A stretch of 64,000 nucleotides of DNA from a bacterium (GTDB taxonomy: Bacteria; Myxococcota_A; UBA9160; SZUA-336): NCBI GenBank assembly GCA_024226335.1, contig JAAELY010000105.1, positions 129 through 64,128 of the forward strand, written 5' to 3'. The notes below the pieces were generated by a model. The model was not told the origin of the DNA and ran no database searches. It was given only the letters and a program-made list of their open reading frames with translations. The translations under genes and the position numbers were made by a program. Shown piece after piece: positions 48,285 to 57,310 of the stretch (positions within the stretch are counted from its first letter, which is position 1; each line of letters begins with the position of its first letter).

Positions 48285-48374
48285 TGGCGGAGAGAGGGGG
48301 ATTCGAACCCCCGGAGGGCGTGAACCCTCAACGGTTTTCGAGACCGCCCCGTTCAACCACTCCGGCATCTCTCC
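48285..48374 (-). tRNA. tRNA-Ser (anticodon CGA)
   Basis: The reverse complement folds as a cloverleaf. Acceptor GGAGAGA/TCTCTCC, D-stem CCG/CGG, anticodon stem GCGGT/ACCGT with loop CTCGAAA (anticodon CGA), a long variable arm GAGGG…CCCTC, T-arm GGGGG-TTCGAAT-CCCCC, discriminator G and an encoded CCA. Closely resembles a canonical bacterial tRNA-Ser(CGA). Confidence 0.85.
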
Positions 48375-48384
48375 GCCGCGCAAG

Positions 48385-51300
48385 CTAGCACAGGCGGCGA
48401 ATCTGCTGCGAGAGGACAACCAGCGGAGCCAGGGCGCAGCCTTCGGCCTCGATCAGCGAGATCGCATCCTCGATCTGTCGCAGGCGGCCCTGGATCGACT
48501 GCTCAAACGCCGCGGGTTCGCCTCCGTCGATCAGCCCGGCCGTGAGCCCGCTCTGCGTCTCCAGCATCTCCAGATACAGGGCTTCGGCGCACATGCGCGT
48601 CCAGCCGTCGCCCAGATCGATCCCGGTCAGGTGCTCGAGCAACCAGCTGATCCGGGTGATTTCCCCGACGTGTGAGTGGAGTTGTACCGTTTCCTGCAGG
48701 TCAGCGCCGCTTTGCATCGCCAACGAGACGGCCTCGAAGCAGCGCACCACGCCTGGCAGGACTTCGATCGAATGGGCGAGACCAGCCTCCAGGCCGCGCT
48801 GAACCAGCGAATCCGACTTGGATTCCAGGAGTGTTGCATCGCTGGTCGAGAGGCAATCGGGCACCAGCCCCAGAAGCTCGCGGGTGTGCTCGACCCACTG
48901 CGGCAGATTCTCCTGTTTGAGCAGGTCGCGTCGCTCGAGCCCGAGACAGACCGTCGTTGCGAGCCGCATCGCCTCCTCCAGCCGAAGCCAGGCGCGCAAT
49001 CGCAGACCTTCGGGCAGTTGCAGCGCTTCGATCTGCTCGCGCAGAGGCTCGGCACCCAGGATCGTATCGGCCAGATGGTAGGCCGCGATCACCTCTGCTG
49101 GATCCACACTGAGACTGCGCACGAGTTCGGGAATCAAGGTGACTCCGGCCCGATCGATCACGCGATTGGTCAAAACGGTAGCGGTGATCTCCCGACGCAA
49201 CGGGTGCGCATCGACTTCTTCACCCATGTGTTCGCGCAATTTCCCGGGAAAATACTCGTAGAAGGTTCTGGTCAGGATTTCGCGATCGGGTACTTCCGAC
49301 GCCACGAGCGCCCGCTTCGAGAGCATCTTCGTGTAACCGAGCAAGACCGCGAGTTCGGGTCGTGTATAGGCGGCTCGTGTGCGGGACTGAGTCGCGCGGG
49401 TACGCATTGTGTCGCGATCGGGCAGGAACTCGATTGCCAGATCGAGATCGGCGTTCTCGACCAGGAAGTCGCTCGCGAGGGCTATGCGCTCCGGGTCTCG
49501 CCAGCTGCGCACCTGGTCCATCGATAGGCAACGGCTTTGCCAGAGGCTGTGCTCCAGCACCACGCGATCCGCGTCTTTCACGCAACTCGATAGGATCTCG
49601 TTGCGCTCTTCGAGACTCATACGACCCTCTCCACAGCTGCGTGCTACGAGGATCTTGAAATTGACTTCGTGGTCCGACAGGTCGACGCCACCGGAATTGT
49701 CGATCGCGTCAGTGTTCACACGCCCACCGCACGAGGCGTACTCGACCCGGGCCAACTGAGTGAAGCCGAGATTGCCACCTTCGCCGACGACCCGCGCACG
49801 CAGTTCGCAGGCATTGATTCGCACATTTTCATTCGCGCGATCTCCAACGTCGGCATCTGACTCTGCGGAGGCCTTTACATAAGTTCCGATCCCACCATTC
49901 CAGAGCAGATCGACAGGCATCTTGAGGATGGCGCGGATCAGCTCATCTCCGCTCATGTGCTCATCGCTCACGTCCAGCACCTGACGCACTTCGGGCGAAA
50001 GCTCGATGCTGCGCGCGTTGCGCGAGTAGATTCCTCCACCCGCGCTGATCAGTCCAGAGTCGTAGTCCTGCCATGTCGACCGCGGTAGTTCGAACAGGCG
50101 TTTGCGCTCCGCCCAGGAGGTCTCTGGATCGGGGTCGGGATCCAGGAAGATGTGCATGTGGTTGAACGCCGCCTGCAGCTTTCCGCGACGTGCGAATAGA
50201 AGACCGTTTCCAAAAACGTCCCCTGACATGTCACCGACGCCGGCCACCGTGAAGGTTTCTTTCTCGACGTCCGTCTCCATCTCCAGGAAATGACGCTGAG
50301 CGCAGATCCATGCACCCCAGGCAGTGATGCCTTCCACCTTGTGGTCATAGCCACTGCTGCCTCCACTGGCGAAGGCGTCGCCTAGCCAGAAATCCAGCTC
50401 TTCGGCGACGCCATTGGCCACATCGGAAAGATGAGCAGTGCCCTTGTCGGCAGCCACGACGAGGTACGGATCGTCGCCGTCGTGGCGTACCACGTTATCC
50501 GGCCCTCGCGCTTCGCCGGCAACGATGTTGTCGGTCAGGAGCAGTAGCCGCCTCGTGAAGCGTCGGTACTGACGATCGGCGTGTGCGCGTGCCTCCGCCG
50601 GATCGTCAAAGCTGCGCCGCAACGCGAAACCACCTTTTGAGCCCACGGGTACGATCAGGCCGTTCTTGACCATCTGAGTCTTCATCAGACCCAATACCTC
50701 TGTTCGCACATCGTGCAGTCGGTCGCTCCAGCGCAGTCCGCCGCGGGCAACTCGCCCGCCTCGCAGATGTACGCCGAAGAATTCCGTGGAGTGCACGAAG
50801 ATTTCCGCAAACGGTCGGGGTCGCGGCATGGAATCGATCTGTGAACTGTCGATCTTGAAGGCGAGCTCATGCACCTGGTCGGCTTCGCACTCCTGGTAGA
50901 ACGAGTGTCTCGCGGTGGCATGCACCAACATCGATAGCAACGAGAAGACTCCATCTTCAGCTGCGGTCCCGATTTCTCCTCGTTCGCGCTCCAGTTCCTC
51001 GTCCCAGTGCTGGAACCCAGCATCTCGCGAGTCGCCGAACGAGGGATCGAAACGTGTCACGAAGAGTTCTGCGAGTGCGCGGGTGGCTTTGGGGTAACGG
51101 GCCAGTACTTGTGCCGCGTACTTCTTGGTTGGACCGAGGCCTAGTTGTGCTGCGAAGGCCAGGTACGCGCGCAGCATGTCGATGAGTTGCCAATCGAGTC
51201 CCACTGAGAGTATCAGCCGATTGAGCGCGTCGTTTTCTACCTGCCCGCGGAAGACCGTGCATAATCCGTCGAGCACCCGAGCCTCGGCGTCCAGGCGATC

Positions 51301-53208
51301 TTCCTCTTCGACGCCGAGGCCTTCGAGGCGAAACGTGACGATCCAGCGAGTCGAACCGTCCGCACAGGGGATCGGCGTAAGGGATGCATCGATCGCGCGC
51401 AGATCCAGGTGATCGAGTACCGGCAGCAGATCGGTCAGGTAGGGCCGATCGTTCTGGAAGAGCTTCAGCCGGTAGCGTTCGGAATCGCCCTCCGCCTCGT
51501 GCCACTCCATACGCAGGTCTGCAACGCCAGTGTGGCTGACGCGTTCCAGACAGTCGATATCGCGCGCTGCCTCGGACGGGTGCGTAGCTGCCCGGTACTC
51601 CTCAGGAAGAGCTTCGCAGTAGGACTGGATCAGACGACGGCTCTCGCTGGCTTCGTGCATCTCGAACAGGGCCTGTTCGAAACGCTCTTCCCAACTCGTG
51701 ACCCGAGAAGCGGCTTCGCCTTCTAAACCCTCGAGCAATTCCAGGTCGACATCTTCTGGACAGGTGCAGAAGAAGTGGATCAGCGCGACTTCATCGTCGA
51801 GAAAGGAGGAGCGATGGTCGACGAAACCTGCGCCATAGCTCTCGGTCATCAGTGATTCGAGTTCGATACGCAGGTGCTCATCGTAGAGCGGTCGCGGCAA
51901 GATGACCGAAACGAAAAACGATGAGTTCAGTGGATCGGGAACGACCAGTGTCTCGACCTGTCGATGGTCTGCGGAGTTCAGGATCCGGCGTACTGCTCTC
52001 GTAGTGTCAGCGATGTCGGCGGGGAAAAGAAACTCGATCGGAAGAGCATCGAACGCCTCGGTCGCCGCCTTGTATGTATGCGAACCTGGCTCTGCTTCGA
52101 TGTTCTCGAGAACGCGTTGCCGTCGCTGTTCGAGCAGTGGCACCTGTGACGGACGCGTGCGAATCGCCAGATGCGTCAACAGGCCGACGAATCGAGCGAA
52201 ACCGGTCACCTGGCCTTGATCGTCGAAAATCTTGATGCTGACGCTGTCCAGTCGGCCGTTTCGGTGAATACGCGACTCGGTGCGCGCCTTGTCCAAAAAT
52301 ACGAAGCGCGGATCAGCCAATCGCGTGCGCACGAGGACGGGCAGTGTGTCACCGCTCGTCACATTGGCGAAACGAGATCCTTCGCCAGAGCGCAGTACGC
52401 CCAGGCCAGAGTCTTCGTCCAGTTCAACTTGCCAGCTGTCCTGTTGACGGCGCGCGTGATAGCTGCGGTAGCCGAAGAACACGAAGTTGTCACGACCGAG
52501 CCATTCCAGGAAAGCGGCGATATTGGCGGTCCGCTCAGCACCCCCCTCTACGTGATCGGATATGGCCTGGATGTCAGTCACGTGGTGGCGAAGTCGTTCC
52601 AGCATCGACTGGTGATCGCTGACGACGCTTCGCGCTTCGGAGATGACCTCTTCGAGTTCGGATCGCAGGACTTCGCGACGTGCCTGATCGTCGATCAGCG
52701 GAAGCTCTGCGTATACGAAAGACTCGCGTGTCTGAGTTACGTCAGTTCGGCCGCAACGCGCGATGCTTCCATCTTCATCTCGCTCGACCGCGAGCAGGGG
52801 ATGCAGTAGCAGTTTCTCGCGCAATCCGAGCCGCTCCAGGGCGAGTCGGATCGTGTCGACCAGGAACGGCTGATCAGCAACCAGAACCTCTACGACGCTA
52901 CGTCCCTGGCGGCGTCCGCCCGGTGCCGATACGCGGACCTTGATCTGGCCGGGGCAAAGGCTCTCGGCGAAGGACGCTGCATCTTCAGCCATCTCGTGCA
53001 GGCTGCCATCCGAGCGCACGCGCAATTCTCGCACGCTGAGCGCGGATTCGAATCCTCTGAGCAGCAGGAAGTGCAACTCCTGCTTGTACGATCCGGAAGC
53101 GTCCTGGGAGCCATTCATGGAAGGGGCACCTAATTGAGTGGGGTGTACTCCCGTCGTATCGGTGAGAAGCCGTAGAAAAGGTGAGTGGAATGCCATCGAC
53201 GCATGCAC
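48385..53208 (-). CDS. gdhB: NAD-specific glutamate dehydrogenase (large, ~180 kDa type)
   Basis: A 1607-aa single ORF. The central catalytic region has ELFDH blocks (GGLRWSDR…, K…GG…). Size and domain order match the large bacterial NAD-GDH (GdhB) family. The start is uncertain (GTG at 53208, ATG at 53196 or 53118). Confidence 0.85.
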   Translation of the reverse strand: MHASMAFHSPFLRLLTDTTGVHPTQLGAPSMNGSQDASGSYKQELHFLLLRGFESALSVRELRVRSDGSLHEMAEDAASFAESLCPGQIKVRVSAPGGRRQGRSVVEVLVADQPFLVDTIRLALERLGLREKLLLHPLLAVERDEDGSIARCGRTDVTQTRESFVYAELPLIDDQARREVLRSELEEVISEARSVVSDHQSMLERLRHHVTDIQAISDHVEGGAERTANIAAFLEWLGRDNFVFFGYRSYHARRQQDSWQVELDEDSGLGVLRSGEGSRFANVTSGDTLPVLVRTRLADPRFVFLDKARTESRIHRNGRLDSVSIKIFDDQGQVTGFARFVGLLTHLAIRTRPSQVPLLEQRRQRVLENIEAEPGSHTYKAATEAFDALPIEFLFPADIADTTRAVRRILNSADHRQVETLVVPDPLNSSFFVSVILPRPLYDEHLRIELESLMTESYGAGFVDHRSSFLDDEVALIHFFCTCPEDVDLELLEGLEGEAASRVTSWEERFEQALFEMHEASESRRLIQSYCEALPEEYRAATHPSEAARDIDCLERVSHTGVADLRMEWHEAEGDSERYRLKLFQNDRPYLTDLLPVLDHLDLRAIDASLTPIPCADGSTRWIVTFRLEGLGVEEEDRLDAEARVLDGLCTVFRGQVENDALNRLILSVGLDWQLIDMLRAYLAFAAQLGLGPTKKYAAQVLARYPKATRALAELFVTRFDPSFGDSRDAGFQHWDEELERERGEIGTAAEDGVFSLLSMLVHATARHSFYQECEADQVHELAFKIDSSQIDSMPRPRPFAEIFVHSTEFFGVHLRGGRVARGGLRWSDRLHDVRTEVLGLMKTQMVKNGLIVPVGSKGGFALRRSFDDPAEARAHADRQYRRFTRRLLLLTDNIVAGEARGPDNVVRHDGDDPYLVVAADKGTAHLSDVANGVAEELDFWLGDAFASGGSSGYDHKVEGITAWGAWICAQRHFLEMETDVEKETFTVAGVGDMSGDVFGNGLLFARRGKLQAAFNHMHIFLDPDPDPETSWAERKRLFELPRSTWQDYDSGLISAGGGIYSRNARSIELSPEVRQVLDVSDEHMSGDELIRAILKMPVDLLWNGGIGTYVKASAESDADVGDRANENVRINACELRARVVGEGGNLGFTQLARVEYASCGGRVNTDAIDNSGGVDLSDHEVNFKILVARSCGEGRMSLEERNEILSSCVKDADRVVLEHSLWQSRCLSMDQVRSWRDPERIALASDFLVENADLDLAIEFLPDRDTMRTRATQSRTRAAYTRPELAVLLGYTKMLSKRALVASEVPDREILTRTFYEYFPGKLREHMGEEVDAHPLRREITATVLTNRVIDRAGVTLIPELVRSLSVDPAEVIAAYHLADTILGAEPLREQIEALQLPEGLRLRAWLRLEEAMRLATTVCLGLERRDLLKQENLPQWVEHTRELLGLVPDCLSTSDATLLESKSDSLVQRGLEAGLAHSIEVLPGVVRCFEAVSLAMQSGADLQETVQLHSHVGEITRISWLLEHLTGIDLGDGWTRMCAEALYLEMLETQSGLTAGLIDGGEPAAFEQSIQGRLRQIEDAISLIEAEGCALAPLVVLSQQIRRLC

Positions 53209-53281
53209 CCAGATAAGGCCGGGAGCGCCAGCTCAATCTCTGGCCGAGACCGAGAGCCGTCTTCCGGTGTAGTCTGCGTTT

Positions 53282-54223
53282 ATGACACTGCGAATCGCTC
53301 TCTTTGGTCAGGCTCAGTTTGGTCTCGATTGTCTCAGCGGACTGCTAGAAGCGGGTCACGAAGTGGTTGGTGTTTTTGCTCCGCCCGAAGCTGGCCGGCC
53401 CGACCCACTGGCGGAGCGTGCGAGTGAACTCGGCATTCCACTGGTTCGCCGGCGCTACTACCGCAAGAAGACAGGAGCGGCCATACCCGCCGCACTCGAG
53501 GCGTATCGCGAGCTCGATGCTCAGTTGAACGTGCTCGCCTCCGTGCAGGTTTTTCTGCCGCCGGAGATCGTGGACGCACCGGTTCACAAGAGTCTCTGCT
53601 TCCACCCCTCCTTGTTGCCGAAGTACCGGGGCGGTGCTGCCATGCAGTGGCAGATCATCGAAGGTGTCGAAGAAACCGGCGTCTCGATTTTCGTACCCGA
53701 TCAAGGTGCGGACACGGGACCGATCGTCGTGCAACACGGCGGGATTGCGCTCGACCCGAATGAAACTACGGGCACGCTCTTCTTCAAGAAGCTCCACCCC
53801 GCCGGTGTGGCCGCCACGCTCGAAGCGGTACGACGGGTCGATTCGGGTACGGCTGAGCCGCAGAAACAGGACGAGGGCCAGGCCAGTGAGCAGCCGATGG
53901 TCGACGACGAGGTAGCGGCCATCGACCTGAAAAGACCGGCGATCGAGATTGATCGGCTCGTGCGCGCTTGCGATCCCCAGCCGGGAGCCTTCTTGCGCCA
54001 AAAAGCCGAGATCGTGCGTCTGTTCGATGTGTCGCTCATAGCGGAGGAAGCGGGTTCGCCCGGCAGCCTCGTGTCCGTGAGCGAGTCTGGAATGCGGATC
54101 GCACTCGTGGGTGGAACCTTGTGCGTGGGCCGTGTGCGCGCGGACGGGAAAAAGGAAGCAGCGCAGGAATGGATCGCGCGTGTCGGTTTGAAACCCGGAG
54201 ATCGCTTCGAGAGCGGAGCTTGA
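53282..54223 (+). CDS. formyltransferase (methionyl-tRNA formyltransferase-like; N- plus C-terminal Fmt domains)
   Basis: The N-terminal domain has HPSLLPKYRGGAAMQWQIIEG (the Fmt SLLP/RG catalytic block) and the APPEAGRPDPL substrate loop. The C-terminal beta-barrel domain is present. It diverges from canonical Fmt, so the specificity is uncertain. Confidence 0.7.
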   Translation: MTLRIALFGQAQFGLDCLSGLLEAGHEVVGVFAPPEAGRPDPLAERASELGIPLVRRRYYRKKTGAAIPAALEAYRELDAQLNVLASVQVFLPPEIVDAPVHKSLCFHPSLLPKYRGGAAMQWQIIEGVEETGVSIFVPDQGADTGPIVVQHGGIALDPNETTGTLFFKKLHPAGVAATLEAVRRVDSGTAEPQKQDEGQASEQPMVDDEVAAIDLKRPAIEIDRLVRACDPQPGAFLRQKAEIVRLFDVSLIAEEAGSPGSLVSVSESGMRIALVGGTLCVGRVRADGKKEAAQEWIARVGLKPGDRFESGA

Positions 54224-54927
54224 TGTCGCGACCCCTGGAAGTCGAACTTGCGGCCAGGGGTTTCAATATCACGGGCTCACTGCCACGCGAACTCTACGAC
54301 TCGATCGCGCCTCCCGCGTGGCGGGCATCCGAGATCTCTCCAGACATCTGTTCGGTATTGATCGTCGGTCACGCTGGCCGAGGCTTCTGGGAGCGCTTTC
54401 GCGTCTCGCCGGAAGCGGAACTGGATGAAGATCCGCTCGATCGCTTTGCACAGCGGAGTTTCGTCGAAATCCGCCGCGATTTTCCTGCGGTGATCGACAT
54501 CGCTTCCTACACCGCGAAGCGGGATGGCGCGTACCTGCCGCTGCAGAAGCTCGGTTCGCGCGCCGGTTTTGGCACGCCTGGCCGACTGGGTCTCTTGATC
54601 CACCCCGAGTTTGGTCCCTGGCTGGCGATGCGCGCGGTGTTCTTCCTGAGTGAGGAAACTCCTCGTTCTGGATCCGGAGATTCCGGCCACAGCGACTTCG
54701 AGCCCTGCGTCGACTGCCCGGCCCCGTGTGCAACGGCCTGCCACGGAGGCGCCATTTCCGCCAACGGTATCGACCTGTGGGTGTGTACGCGCAGCAAGAC
54801 CTCGCATCCCCCCTGTACACGCGGGTGTGATGCTCGCCGGGCCTGCGTCGTTGGTTCCCGCTACGCCTATGGTGACGAACAGCTCGAGCACCACTCGATG
54901 CTCCCGTGGATCAGGTCGAAAGACTGA
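54223..54927 (+). CDS. Cys-rich hypothetical protein (putative Fe-S cluster binding)
   Basis: A 234-aa ORF whose ATG overlaps the formyltransferase TGA (TGATG). It has Cys clusters CVDCPAPCATAC and C(x10)C(x3)C(x5)C. Confidence 0.5.
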   Translation: MSRPLEVELAARGFNITGSLPRELYDSIAPPAWRASEISPDICSVLIVGHAGRGFWERFRVSPEAELDEDPLDRFAQRSFVEIRRDFPAVIDIASYTAKRDGAYLPLQKLGSRAGFGTPGRLGLLIHPEFGPWLAMRAVFFLSEETPRSGSGDSGHSDFEPCVDCPAPCATACHGGAISANGIDLWVCTRSKTSHPPCTRGCDARRACVVGSRYAYGDEQLEHHSMLPWIRSKD

Positions 54928-54939
54928 ACCGAGCCGAAT

Positions 54940-55794
54940 TCAAATTCTTTCCACGAGTTCGTCGAACGCAGCCATGAGCTTGCTGGTGACCGGACCCGGC
55001 ACCTCGGTACCGATGTCCTGAGAGTCGAAGCTGCGCACGGGTACAATGCGGGCGCCCGTGCCCGTCAGGAAGATCTCGTCTGCGCTCAGCAGGTCCATGC
55101 GCGACAGCGACTGCTCATGTGCGGGAATTCCCAGTCCACCGGCCAGTTCGATCACGGTCTCGCGCGTGATGCCTTCCAGCGCACCGTCGCAGGTCGGCGG
55201 TGTGCGCAGGGCTCCTTTGCGATGGATGAAGATGTTCGCGACCGTCGCTTCCGCCACCAGCCCGGCGGCGTTCAAGAGCAGTCCTTCGTCGGCGCCGCGA
55301 AGTTTCGCCTCGCGTTTGGCCATGACGCTGTTCAGGTAGTTCAAGCTCTTGACCCGGGGGTCGAGTGCGTCGAGTGCAGGCCGGCGCAGACTCGATGTGA
55401 CCAGTGTCAGACCCTGGGCCAGGTGCTCGGGATCGTATAGCTCTGCATCACAGCAGATACAGATCAGTCGCGGTTCCGGACAACGCGTGGGGTCGACACC
55501 GATCGTACCGTCACCGCGGGTGAGCAATAGACGGATGTAGGACTCGTGGCTGCCAAAGGCCGCCGCCGTTTCGTGTACGACTGCACGCACCCGATCGATT
55601 CCACCGGGGATCGCGAGTCCGATTGCACTCGCGGAAAACTGCAGACGCGCTAGATGCCGATCCAGACGAAAGACCTTGCCCCCATACACGCGGATTCCCT
55701 CGAATACACCGTCTCCGTAGAGCAGCCCGTGATCCGTGACGGGGATGTGCGCCTCTTCGGGGCCGACGATGCGACCGTCGATCCAGATCTTCAT
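54940..55794 (-). CDS. ilvE: class IV (branched-chain amino acid) aminotransferase
   Basis: The fold-type IV PLP enzyme pattern (GDGVFEGIRVY…RLDRHLARL, with the catalytic Lys region further on). A length of 284 aa matches short BCATs. D-amino-acid aminotransferase specificity cannot be excluded. Confidence 0.8.
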   Translation of the reverse strand: MKIWIDGRIVGPEEAHIPVTDHGLLYGDGVFEGIRVYGGKVFRLDRHLARLQFSASAIGLAIPGGIDRVRAVVHETAAAFGSHESYIRLLLTRGDGTIGVDPTRCPEPRLICICCDAELYDPEHLAQGLTLVTSSLRRPALDALDPRVKSLNYLNSVMAKREAKLRGADEGLLLNAAGLVAEATVANIFIHRKGALRTPPTCDGALEGITRETVIELAGGLGIPAHEQSLSRMDLLSADEIFLTGTGARIVPVRSFDSQDIGTEVPGPVTSKLMAAFDELVERI

Positions 55795-56555
55795 TGTTCG
55801 TTTCCTCCATTCTCACCCGGTCCACCCGCGAGGCGTTCGCCAATCTGCCGTGCAGCGCGTGAGATCTGCTCGCGGATTCGTGCACGCTGCGCTGGTTCGA
55901 AGCGCGCGCTCGGTCCCGTGACCGCGATCGCGCCCGCGATGCGTTCGCGCAGACGGATCGGTGCTGCGACACCGGAGAGACCTTCGATCCACTCATCGTG
56001 GTTCTCGGCCAGGGCTTCGGCGCGAATCGTCGCGAGTTCGCGTTCGAGCGCCGTGGGCGAAAGAGTCGCGTCGGTGAAACGCTGGGCCGCGGCGCCGGGG
56101 TCGGTGACCTGTTCAGGAGCGAACGCCATGTACAGCTTGCCGATCGCGGTCGCGTGCACTGGAATGCGTTCGCCAACGCGCGGTGCGGCGCGCAGGAAGC
56201 CGCTGCCCTCGCGCTTGGCCAACACGTACAGGCGCGAACCGCGCGCGCCCGCCAGGAAGATGGTCTGCTCCAGTGTTTCGGCCAGCTCTTCCATCACCGG
56301 CTCGGCGGCGCTGACGACTGGTTCCCGTTCCAGGATGCCGACCCCCAGCGCGACCAGGGCGATGCCGGGTCGATAGCGCCCGTCCGCGCTGCGCTCGACC
56401 ATGCCGCGTCGTCCCAGCGCCGCAAGAAGGCGATGGGCGGTCGCCTTGGGCAGATCCAGAGCCCGCCCGATCTCGCTCACCCCCCGGGGTGCACCGGCGC
56501 TGTGGAGATGCTGGAGGATGTCGAGGGCCTTCTCGACGGTGCCCAGTGCGCTCAC
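55791..56555 (-). CDS. IclR-family transcriptional regulator
   Basis: N-terminal wHTH (ALDILQHL…GVSEIGRALDLPKATAHRLLAAL) and a C-terminal IclR effector domain. Overlaps ilvE by ATGA. Confidence 0.85.
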   Translation of the reverse strand: MSALGTVEKALDILQHLHSAGAPRGVSEIGRALDLPKATAHRLLAALGRRGMVERSADGRYRPGIALVALGVGILEREPVVSAAEPVMEELAETLEQTIFLAGARGSRLYVLAKREGSGFLRAAPRVGERIPVHATAIGKLYMAFAPEQVTDPGAAAQRFTDATLSPTALERELATIRAEALAENHDEWIEGLSGVAAPIRLRERIAGAIAVTGPSARFEPAQRARIREQISRAARQIGERLAGGPGENGGNEQ

Positions 56556-56676
56556 AGGAGCGACTTTCGGGATGTTTCATATAGTGGAACGATGTTCCTC
56601 ATATCGAAACAATCATACCGCGAGCACAGCTCACCTACAAGCGGGTATCCCGCGGCGACCGGGTGAGAGATCCCGT

Positions 56677-57288
56677 CTAATGACCGGCGACACCCCGGTA
56701 CATGGATCCCAGGATTCGCGGTGTCTTTTCGCGCTCGAAGCGCTCCAGGTGCTGCAGCCGAAAGCCCGATTTCTCGATCACTGCGTCGATGGCACGGTTC
56801 AGATTGCAGCCGCAGCCGATGACCTTCTGGATCGGGTTGAGGCGATCCTGCCAGCGCGCGACGGCGTCGTCGTCGCTGCGGCCGTGCTCGACAAAGAGCA
56901 TCTGGCCTTCCGGTTTCAGCACGCGTCGCATTTCCAGCAGCGCAGCGACCGGGTCGGGAATCGTGCACAGCGTCCAGGTAACGGCGACCGTGTCGAAACG
57001 GGCGTCATCGTAGGGTAGGTGCCGATCGGCCGGAAGCGCGTGGCGCTCTACAGGAAAACCCGCTGCCTCGATGCGTTTTTCAACCACCTCTTCCAGCGCA
57101 TCCATCGGGTCGAGTGCGGACAATGATCCTACCGTATCGGGGTAGTACTTCAGATTCAGTCCCGTTCCGAAGCCGATCTCCAGCACGTCGCCGCGAGCCA
57201 GTGCCAGCGTTTCGGCGCGCAGGTCATTCATGCCCCGCATCGCGGCGTCGAGGATGTGCGGGAAGATGCGTCGTTCGTAGAATCCCAT
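56677..57288 (-). CDS. class I SAM-dependent methyltransferase
   Basis: Motif I (VLEIGFGTGLN) and the DTVAVTWTLCTIPD / LKPEGQMLFVEH blocks. Confidence 0.8.
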   Translation of the reverse strand: MGFYERRIFPHILDAAMRGMNDLRAETLALARGDVLEIGFGTGLNLKYYPDTVGSLSALDPMDALEEVVEKRIEAAGFPVERHALPADRHLPYDDARFDTVAVTWTLCTIPDPVAALLEMRRVLKPEGQMLFVEHGRSDDDAVARWQDRLNPIQKVIGCGCNLNRAIDAVIEKSGFRLQHLERFEREKTPRILGSMYRGVAGH

Positions 57289-57310
57289 GCGGGAATTCTA
57301 TCAGTTTTCG

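Noticed and set aside
48262-48400. Looked for an integrase, att-site direct repeat or mobile-element boundary flanking tRNA-Ser
   Set aside because: No recombinase ORF and no obvious duplicated tRNA 3' segment within the window. The flanking genes are chromosomal (NAD-GDH). There is no evidence for an integrated element, so the ATPase is treated as a solitary accessory gene rather than part of an island.
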